Origin: Octopus vulgaris
Lineage: Eukaryota
Direction of reading: 5' to 3'
NCBI GenBank assembly: GCA_951406725.2
Contig: OX597814.1
Coordinates: 141,422,001-141,486,000 of the forward strand
Length of the DNA: 64,000 bases
The position numbers were made by a program, and so were the translations under genes. Within the stretch, counting starts at the first letter, position 1. Every line of letters begins with the position of its first letter. Below, in pieces: positions 53,731 through 64,000 of the stretch. The notes beneath the pieces were generated by a model, which made no database searches, was not told the DNA's origin, and worked only from the letters and a program-made list of their open reading frames with translations.

Positions 53731-53865
53731 TTGCTATGTTTACAAGCTATATTTGGACTATATAACCCATGTGGTAAGAATAAAAAGACGCCATAGATAA
53801 TGATTTAGGAGAATAAATGAATAAATATAATCGAATACATATGCATGCACACAGATACAAACACA

Positions 53866-53916
<51 letters not shown>

Positions 53917-54079
53917 GCAACACACATACACATATTTATAAGCACATACAGTTTTATATAGCCATATGGATTTATATCCGTATATATGACTTAAGGAGTG
54001 GGGAAAGAATATATGCACTTATTACGTATTGTAATACGAAAATCTGTAGATAAACTATTTACTCCGAATTCATCGAAAG

Positions 54080-54340
54080 AAGTACTGAATTTATCAGGTG
54101 CATGTGGGTAAAATGTGGCTTACTTTCGGTATACTTGTTCCAATGCTCGCTGATTCTTTCACTTATACACAGAGTTGTCTCTGCCATATAAGTTTCAGAG
54201 AGTTTTGCGTATAATCCTTATTGGTATCGTGTGCGGCATAGTATATACTTTACTTTGCAGTTGATATATGAATTTGTGTCACTTATCTCATAATGATTCT
54301 TACCAATAGTACGACAACCATTCCCTTGATCTGATATACC
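54080..54340 (-). mobile_element. Penelope-like GIY-YIG endonuclease remnant
   Basis: INCKVKYILC..TYMAETTLCISERISEH resembles C...VIY.I.C..YIGET...L..RI.EH. Confidence 0.55.
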
Positions 54341-55223
54341 TGTTTTTGCTTTTCTACGTCCTCAATATTGAGATTAAATTTTCAAAACATTTTCGTAAGC
54401 TAATTTACCGTTGGGCGCACTATCAGCAAACATTATGGTATAAAACTTACTGTTAACAGACTCGTCTACCTATTTTCTCATCGATATTTTCTCATCTTTT
54501 TTTAATATTTATTGTGATACAGAGGGCATATTTCATCTGCGTAGGTTTTTTTTAGAATATTTTATCTCTTTTATACTATCTCAGCAAATCCTTTTGTGTA
54601 AAGATAAATACATTCAAAGGATAAAGTACTGAATGTGTTTTCGCCATTCATGAGTTTAGCACATTTGACATATTCAACGTTATTCTTACGAAGAATGTAT
54701 CACACACACACGCGCGCGCGCATATAATAAAAACATACATACATACATACTCGTGCGCGCGCACATGCATATTTAAAGCATAAGTAGTAATGAATACATG
54801 GCAGCATCCATAAAGACTTGCGACGTAGTAAACAAGTGGACAAGCTTATAGACAGACTACCAAATACAACGACATAATTAAAATCGAAGATGTACGGTGG
54901 CTGTCAACAGAAAGATCAAAAGAATACTCCTACCTCACATATTTCCCATCTCATCAGTCGCCATAGAAACCACTTCCAGCTGTTTTAATGGTCGAGAAGT
55001 ATTGATTATTTTCTGAAGAATAACTTTGACAGCAATGCTGTAAAGTGTAATATTTGTCAATGGTTTATGATCTTCAGGAAAATTACAAGACTTAATAGAA
55101 CGACGAAAATATTGGTATTCACGTAATGTTGTCCGTAACGTCGGTTTTTTTTTCTTTTTTTCTTTTTACTGCCTCCAAGGTACGATATTGTCTGGCGTTT
55201 GCTTTTCATATCATTCTGGATGC

Positions 55224-55256
<33 letters not shown>

Positions 55257-55291
55257 TAATAATAATAATAATGATGACGATGATGATGAGG

Positions 55292-55356
<65 letters not shown>

Positions 55357-55431
55357 CATGAGATGACGATGATGATAAAGTTGATGATGATGATGATAAT
55401 GACGACGACGACGACGATGATGACGACGACA

Positions 55432-55475
<44 letters not shown>

Positions 55476-55487
55476 AATGATGATGAT
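55224..55487. repeat. Compound (AAT)n/(GAT)n/(GAC)n microsatellite
   Basis: Direct reading. Confidence 0.95.
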
Positions 55488-55982
55488 TTATTTTATTTGT
55501 TATAAACACGTCTCATGAAGGAGATATTACAAGAACAGGTTACAATTTGTGTGTATGTGTGTGTGTACGGGGTTGTTAATTACAAAGCACGAGGGAATAG
55601 GATCAGATAAGGAATAACGGAATTAAATACTATATACGTAGTATACAGAATATGTGAACACGTGGATGATGCAGTCGTCCTAATACAGGAGAGCGTCTAA
55701 AAAGGGCCAATCAAAGAACTCTGGAGATCCAGAATTGCTTTCACCACCAACGGTACCAATCCTCGCCCACCTGTCGTTCCCCGATCTAAATGCACATGTT
55801 TAGTGTAGTTTCATTCATCATAAGCATTTTTGCGCGAGTCACTAACCTTTTGACACATTCACTGGAAGAGAGCATTTCCCTTACTACAATCACTTTCTTT
55901 TTCAAGTGGAACTTGAAAAGAGGCTTGACTAAAAAGGAACGTATCTGTTCTAAACCCTTTCAGCCTCATCCTACACGCAACC

Positions 55983-56231
55983 TATTACTTTATTACCCAC
56001 AAGGGGCTAAACATAGAGGGGACAAACAAGGACAGACATAGGTATTAAGTTGATTACATCGACCACAGTGCGTAACTGGTACTTATTTAATCGACCCCGA
56101 AAGGATCAAAGGCAAAGTCGACCTCGGCGGAATTTGAACTCAGAACCTAACGGCAGACGAAATACCGCTAAGCATTTCGCCCGGCGTGCGAACGTTTCTG
56201 CCAGCTCGCCGCCTAACGTTTCTGCCAGTTC
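55983..56231 (-). mobile_element. SINE family B with long target-site duplication
   Basis: GCCTCATCCTACACGCAACC at 55963-55982 and 56232-56251. Confidence 0.9.
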
Positions 56232-57227
56232 GCCTCATCCTACACGCAACCGCTTTCGCTCATAGTCATCAGGTAGAGGAACACTGGGTGTGCTACATGG
56301 TTAAAGGAGGCGATTGAGTGATCCTGGCGATAAACAGATTGGAGTTACACGTGAGTAGATGAAGAAATATTAATAAAATTGTTCTTCGTCTTCACAGAAA
56401 AGAAAAGTTAATAAAAAGGCGACTTAACCAAATTTTGGCACAAGTCCAGCAAGTTCGCGGCGAGGGAGTAAGTCTATTACATCGATCCCAGTTCTCGTCA
56501 GATACCTATTTCATCGACCCCGAAAGGATGAAAAGCAAGGTCAAACTCGGTGGAAAATGAACTCAGAACGGAAAGAACCGGACAAAATGTCGCCAATTAT
56601 TTAACATTTTATTCTCTGGAAAATCTAGCAGACACCGTCATTACTTTTATTTCAGTTGCGAGTTTATTAATTTGCTTTTTATTCTAAGTATATTCTCAGC
56701 TAACAATTACTATTTTATTTTTTCAAATTTTGTTTAGAATTAAGCGAGTCACTCGAAACTTGGCTACTGTGTTGTTAAAAATACAAAATGGTAGATATAA
56801 TTACTGTTTTACCAAAATATACTCCGTTACAGCAACTATTTCACGTTGTTCTATATTTGACATCGTTTCAACATTGTTGATGTTGATAGCGATCATAGGT
56901 CGATATTGTAGATGTTTTTTACTTACTACTCTGATAAGTTTGAATATTCTAACAATAAATATAGCGAAATATTGATCGCTAATCAATTATATAAAGTGTC
57001 AAAAAATGGTTTCCTCTCTCGGTTATCATGCAGTGACCTATATACAAAGAATATGAGGTGCGACAAACAAAACAAAACCCACGTAAATTCTGCTTCCATT
57101 TTATCATTGTGTCAACGAGGTATGAGAAAGATATATAAATCACACAATAGATTGTGTTCTGAAATGAACTGTATTCTTCTGTTCTGTATTTTATTCTCTT
57201 ATTCTTTTGATCTTTTAATGGTTTCAG

Positions 57228-57356
57228 GTATTTGATGGGCATATGGACGGCAATACTTATTTCAGTTTCACACTCATCTCTATTGCTCTTTATTTGTCGA
57301 ATGGCAAAGTTACCTTCTGAGGAAGAAGACGCAACTCGGCAAATCGTTTTACACTG
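57228..57356 (+). CDS. Candidate 129-bp internal exon encoding a hydrophobic helix
   Basis: Pyrimidine-rich tract plus TTTCAG acceptor, GTATAC donor, open frame YLMGIWTAILISVSHSSLLLFICRMAKLPSEEEDATRQIVLH. Confidence 0.3.
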
Positions 57357-57630
57357 GTATACATAAACACCCCCCACACACACACACTCACACACACATA
57401 CTCTGAATAATAAAACAGCAAAAATATTCATGAACACATCTTATTAAATATGAGTAAAAGATTGTTTCAGAATTTCTTTATTTTATTATTTGAATTATAA
57501 TTTACTCTTCGTCAAACCCACAGAACGGTGTCACCGCCGTGAAACCAGGATTTTCTACATTTCCCGAATTTCAACATTGGTCTGGAATCCGACTGTGTTG
57601 ATAACCCAGAACTCGGGTTGAGCATTTTTC

Positions 57631-57662
<32 letters not shown>

Positions 57663-58238
57663 TGTATGTATGTATGTATGTATGTATGTATGTATGTATG
57701 TATGTATGTATGTATGTATGTATGTATGTATGTATGTATGTATGTATGTATGTATGTATGTATAGATCGTAATGTAAGAGTTGTAAAATATATTTAAAAT
57801 ATCCGTTATATGCAACTGAACGAGTATGAGATTAAAATAGCCATTTATATGTCATATTCAATGCAAATACACCAAGATGTATTTACATCATGTATGATGC
57901 AAAATTACTATTAACATTATATTTTATGTAGTTCAGATATTATCTCTTAGAACTGAATGCGCAGAAGAGAATGGATAGATATGCCTATTATATCAAAAGT
58001 TCACTGTCTGCTCTGAGTTTCGATCTAGGTAGGGCTTTTCATGACTTTGTCTGATTAGATAGTCAACAACATAAACAAACATGCATACGTACATACATAC
58101 ATACATACATACATACACACACAGCCACTCCCACCCGTCCACACAAATTTCACTACAGGTGCTGACTTGTGATTGATCTCTCACAGCGACATATACCACA
58201 ACACTAACATACACGGACACAGATATTACCACACACAT

Positions 58239-58294
<56 letters not shown>

Positions 58295-58602
58295 GGCACA
58301 TAAATACACACACAGTTGTTACTAATATACACAAACATGCTACCACATACACAGAAACACACATACGCACACATACCATCTTCACACTCACCTGTCCCAG
58401 AAACTACTTTCTCTTTCTCCTTCCACTTCCGGTCACTTCAGAACTTTCCTTTTTCCGACGAAAAGCTATGCTCGAAACGTTAACAACCTTCTCCTTTCAA
58501 CGAGCAGGAAATTAATATATTGCTTGTGCACGTCTTCACGTTCGTCTTTTTTCTTTTCTTTCTTGCATTTCTTCTTTTTAATTTGTTTGTTCTTTGAAAT
58601 AA

Positions 58603-58686
<84 letters not shown>

Positions 58687-58826
58687 TTAGAGACAAAACC
58701 ACTATTTTGTAAATCAAACAAGGAAAGACTTAATCAATACATAAAAAATTTTAATATAAAGTAAATAAATCGCCACTACAATTGTTTCCTGTCTTATACA
58801 CACATATATACATATATATTTATATA

Positions 58827-58959
<133 letters not shown>

Positions 58960-59169
58960 TCTGTTACATTAAATAGCATAACAAAGGAACAGACGGACAT
59001 AATACTTCCACACTTGTGCGAGTGTGTGTGAGGGGGTATGGCGCAAAAATAAAAAAAAACAAGACGAAATAACTCCCCCACAGTTTATATGTATCTATGT
59101 ATGCATATCATTATTCAATTTATTTCAAGATTTCTTGCCAATAGAGAAAGAACCGTGTTGGCAGGATTA

Positions 59170-59640
59170 CTCCTGAAATGAAGGAGGAATGGGTACCGGC
59201 GGCTGTCCTATCCAGTACCAAGTAAGATCCCAGCATCGTTCAAGCAACAAGAGCTCAGAAGCTAAACTGCTGGGACTATGGGCTTGAGCTAATCGTCCAG
59301 ATAAGCGAAATACCAGAAATAATCGAACTTCCAGACAGTGGACGGGAGGTCCCTCACTTGCTATGGATGTGGCCAGAAGAGACACATAAAAAAGAAGTGC
59401 CCCCAAAGTACAATTGAACCAGGAAATTAGGAAGAAGTCCCGACGGAGCACGAGGGTGCAGCAGAAACAATAGAAGAGAAAAGCGGATTAGATCCAACAG
59501 ATACCGAGGGAGAGTACTGAGACAACAGCCCGAATCATAGAAGAAAACACGGAAGACACGGATGAAGAGGGATTCATTGAAGTTCCAAAAAGAAAGAGAG
59601 ACGTGGCAGCAGGGTTTCCCTCCCCACAACATCTACTAAA
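59170..59640 (+). mobile_element. Gag/ORF1-like retroelement fragment with CCHC zinc knuckle
   Basis: VDGRSLT-CYGCGQKRHIKKKC (CX2CX4HX4C, 59359-59400), not in the ORF track. Confidence 0.7.
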
Positions 59641-60157
59641 ATGAAAAAGAAAGACACTAAGACTGAATACTACATACAAACTTTTAACAGACTTGACATA
59701 TTCACACGGCATACACCACAAGTAGAAACACCAAATAATAGTGATACTACCCTTGTTAGCTCCAGCATCCCATGTAGTAATACAGACCTAAATGCAGACA
59801 GACAAAACACACAGACCCACAAAATCCCCCAAAACACAAGGCTCACATTCGCTTTTGGCGTATTATGCCATACGCCAAAAGCGGCAATCTAACGCATGGT
59901 TACCAAGATTAAGTCGGTAATCAGAGTGAGATTGCTGGCTGAGGCGAAACCGGAATGCACCAAGTGTATATAAATCGACAGAGAAAAATACATAAAATTA
60001 AAAGATCATTTGGTTCACTCATTGACCCGTCAGATGAAGAGGTAGAATACGATACCCTACCTCCGGTCATGGATTACAAAAACATAATACAGTACCTGAA
60101 CTAAGTAAATACAGTAAGTAAAATTTTAATTGATGAAAACTTGATAAAGAACTGAAA

Positions 60158-60433
60158 GGGTGGTAATACCTGAAGCACTGCAAAACAGAAAATTGAAGGA
60201 TTTCTATGCAGGACATCCGGGGATTGCCCGGATGAAAAGCCTCATGTGGAGTTACGTGTATTGGCCGAATATGAACAAACAAATTGGGAGACTGGTAAAA
60301 CAATGTAGGCGATGCGATATGGCAGCAAAGGCGCCCCCAGTGCAGATACAGCCATGGCCAAAAACGGATTCAGCATAGTCTAGACTGCCTGTAGATTTCG
60401 CAGGACCAATAAATGGCTCTTATTATATCATCG
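60158..60433 (+). mobile_element. Ty3/Gypsy-type integrase N-terminal fragment
   Basis: VVIP..GHPGIARMKSL..SYVYWPNM..VKQCRRC..PWP..*SRLPVDFAGP. Confidence 0.88.
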
Positions 60434-60835
60434 AGTGGCCATTTCCCCTTCAGTTTTTATATAATTTCACCTTTCATCCTTTTTATCTTTTTGTCCCCAC
60501 TGGTATTGTTTTGTCTGTCCTTTTGTCGTCCACTCTGTATTTTGGGCCTTTGTGCCTAATAAAGAATTAGTAATGTAAAGCCGAGAGGTGCGTATTGTCG
60601 AGGGTTATTACCAGTATCTTGAGTAGAATGATTTGCAAGGACATTATTATTATACCGTTATATCGTACGTCGAATGCGCGATACAACACTTATACGCACG
60701 CGCGCACACACACGCACGCACACACACACACATTAATAGTAATAGTATTACAACAAAAGAATGAATGAGACCTCGATATTACATAAATAGAGGGATTTAT
60801 CTGTAAAATGATATGTGACAATTATTCGGTTGCCA

Positions 60836-60898
60836 TAATAAAACACCGAGTTTCGGATGCTGGAGCGGAAAACTGATCCGGCATCTCATCAGTTATTA
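60836..60898 (-). ncRNA. Putative type I hammerhead ribozyme
   Basis: Minus strand UAAUAA-CUGAUGA-GAUGCCGGA-loop-UCCAGCAUC(C)-GAAAC-UCGGU-GUU-UUAUUA: 6-bp stem I, canonical core, long stem II, GUU triplet. Confidence 0.7.
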
Positions 60899-62047
60899 AG
60901 ACAAAGCAAAAATGCTATGAAAATGAGTTTTAGTCTTCCAGCCTCCCCCTCACAAGCTATCGGTCGACTCGATGCTACAGTGACGGATCACACTCGCTTC
61001 AAGCGCTATGTAGTGTGATTGAACTTGGAAGTAAATGGCAGGAAGCAGCCTTCATTACCACAATATGCTTCCGCCAATATTTATTACCATTTCTTTGTTG
61101 TGCTGGTGCTTATTTATTTATGTATATATATTTCTTCCCTGTTGCCTACTTTTGTGATATGGAATCAGAGAAAGACGTTTGCTTAAGGCTGTTAGTTGAA
61201 ATTTCACATTTGCAATGTTGTCTTTCAACAAGTGATTAAAATATAACCAAATTCTGATTTCAAGTATTAACTACATTATTTGTAGGAATTTAACTCAAAC
61301 AGAAACAGAACATAAAACGTAGTCTTATAAACAATTGATAACCACAGAACCAATATTAAAACCAATACGAAAACGGCGAAGTGACGTGCTCTGGCTGTTC
61401 CGACGGCCGTTGCAGACATTTCTCGTCTGTGAATGATATCAATACAAGTGCTTTTATGCACCAAAAGTTGGAGATACATAATCTTATATATAATGAATCT
61501 AATACATTTATATCTGAGCTGTAACCAAGACTCTAAACAACTATCTCGGTGAATCTAAAATGATAGTAAAAATGTATAAAATACAAGTCTTAATATCTAT
61601 TAATATGCGTGTTGCTTTTATTACGTTTTGAACACAATTTTTGTTCAAACACCACAGCTTACTCCTGACGACTTTCTTTCACAACGGTCACTTCCCACGG
61701 TCTTCGCTTTACTCTTAGATTTGCTTCCTGTTATTTCCGCCCAACAGTCTGCTAGTTAAGATTTATAGAAGTTAAGGAAATATACTTCAGATAAACCAAG
61801 GACAAAAAATAAAATTTTCATATTTCACCGTTCTATGAATGTCGACTTTTATTTAAAACGTTTAAAAAAGTTATTAAAATGAATCTAAATGTTTTAGTTA
61901 CTTCAGTATGTATTTCGTTTTACTTTCATACCTCATTATTTCATAAGATTCGAGGTTTCAAAGTATTCCTAGGCATACAAAACAGATAGTGTAAATGTGC
62001 ATATCTGTTCCTATATGCATTCATATGTATGTATATATATGCATATG

Positions 62048-62115
<68 letters not shown>

Positions 62116-62246
62116 CATATATATGGATATTTATGTATGTACCTTTATATATATATAGCTGAAATTCATAGAAAAGCAAAAGACGAAGATAGGTGACTGA
62201 ACAATAAGCAAGTGTATTAGTTTGACGCTCGGTAAAAATAAAGAAA

Positions 62247-62285
62247 ATCTTTTACGTTTCGAGCCTAGGCTCTTCAACAGAAAGG
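62247..62285 (-). ncRNA. Minimal hammerhead-like motif in a Penelope-like terminal repeat
   Basis: Minus strand CUUU-CUGUUGA-A-GAGC-CUAG-GCUC-GAAACGUA-AAAG: 4-bp stem I, palindromic ACGU stem III, GUA triplet. Confidence 0.55.
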
Positions 62286-62362
62286 AATGGGAGAAATGCT
62301 GAAAGTTTGAGAAGTGGTTCAGATATGCAAGTCCAAAGAATAGGAGGTTCAGTCAGGATTAA

Positions 62363-62393
<31 letters not shown>

Positions 62394-63177
62394 TTTCAAC
62401 TAGATCCAGGAAGCTGATACCATAGGTTTCATACTATATACGTAAATATGTATGTGTGTGTGCGTGTGTATTAGCAAAAACCAACCGGGCGGAGACTTGC
62501 TATGAATAGCAAGTAAATCTCTCTCAAGTCACAAACTGCTGTTTTAGATATAGAAAATATACCTTGGATAATAAGGCCCTACATACACTTTGTCAAAATA
62601 AAAGGGTTGGTCATGGCTAGAACGTCTTTGATCATAGGTCTTCTGAAACGGCTCACATGGGTGTTAAACAACCACAAGAACAACACCTGTCACTATTTAT
62701 ACAGTCATTGATGAGAGAGGAAACTGGTAATTGAATATATATTCAAGATATCACACACGGTAAGAAGATTGTTAAAATGCAAATGTAAAAGAAAACGAAA
62801 TTAAGCTTTCTTCGTGAAGCTCTGGCAAAATTGTTTTCAAGGCAGGCTGCATTTGGAAAATTAGGTTGCCTGAAATAAATAGCTTTCTCTTTACGGGAAA
62901 TTTCAAACAGTTCTTAAAGAATGAAGATCAAAAAGACTCTTTACTACAAACAATACATGTTTGTGAAGTGAAACCAAACAATAAAAATAAGAATAAGAAC
63001 AGTGTAATAATAATATATAGAACTGCTGGTAGACCTCTTCGCTGCTTCTCTCCTTTATTGACAACTAAATGCGTGTAACTAAATATATGTAGTGAGTAAT
63101 ATGACATTTTTACTGGAACCTTGGAACCTGCAAATCTAGCTTATTAAATGGTCTATAATATCAATGTACATACATAC

Positions 63178-63221
<44 letters not shown>

Positions 63222-63413
63222 GTTACTTCACTTTCTAATGTATAACATTACGCATTACTTAATTTTGGATTTCATGTACTGAGGAAAGTGTGTTTTGAAG
63301 TGGAACTACCAAACCATTAAAAAAAAAGCCACATTATTCAACATATTAATAGCGCGACAGATTTTAGTGGGAAGACAGTATGACTAATAAAGAGTGTAGG
63401 ATATATAGAGAGA

Positions 63414-63481
<68 letters not shown>

Positions 63482-63837
63482 TGCCAATAGATAAATAGAT
63501 AGATAAAACAGACGATGAATATTCAAGTATAAATCTATAGATGTTTATATACAAACAGAGCAAACTTACACAAAGGATTATATATTTAAAGAGATAAAAA
63601 TTTGACCGTCATATTTCTATCTCTCCACCCTGAAGACGGAGGTCGGATCTAGCTAATGTTTATTTGCCTCCATTACTGGTTGCATATTATTTACATATTA
63701 TGGGGAACTGCAACTACCAACATTATAAAGTGACTCCATGCCCCACAAACAGCTGTCCGACTTGTAACACCATAATTTCTTTCCTTTGAATTTCTATGTT
63801 TTTGTAGACTAAGTTTACTCAGTTGATATACTCTCTT

Positions 63838-64000
63838 TTACTCTTTTACTTGTTTAAGTCATGTGACTGTGGCCATGCTGGAGCATCGCCTTTAGTCAAA
63901 CAAATCGACCCCAAGACTTATTCTTTGTAAGCCTAGTACTTATTCTATCGGTCTCTTTTGCCGAACCGCTAAGTTACGGGGACGTAAACACACCAGCATC
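63838..64000 (-). mobile_element. 3' part of a family A SINE, cut by the window edge
   Basis: Matches 29418-29582. Confidence 0.88.

Overview
AT-rich, microsatellite-saturated animal DNA. The SINE, LINE and microsatellite landscape most resembles an octopus or other coleoid cephalopod; this is inferred, not searched. No intact host gene is evident. Long coding content is retrotransposon-derived: an uninterrupted CR1/L2-group LINE ORF2 (30038-33034, minus), a second near-complete LINE with one frameshift (13247-16262, minus), and fragments of CR1, RTE, Tx1/L1, R4/Dong, Penelope and Gypsy elements. There are also a decayed mariner, a decayed maT-like transposase, a possible Helitron and at least four SINE families. 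The most interesting signals are: (1) several dispersed hammerhead-ribozyme folds, two with a canonical core (12312-12393 and 60836-60898, minus), near Penelope-like remnants; (2) a covarying double-hairpin 3' module shared by three LINE copies and a SINE family; (3) SINEs whose central (TA)n tract hosts nested insertions; (4) a chain of decayed exon-like segments on the minus strand (about 53730 to 28200) that may be a fossil WD40 gene of WDR87/WDR97 type. Family assignments come from motif recognition by eye, and most boundaries are approximate.
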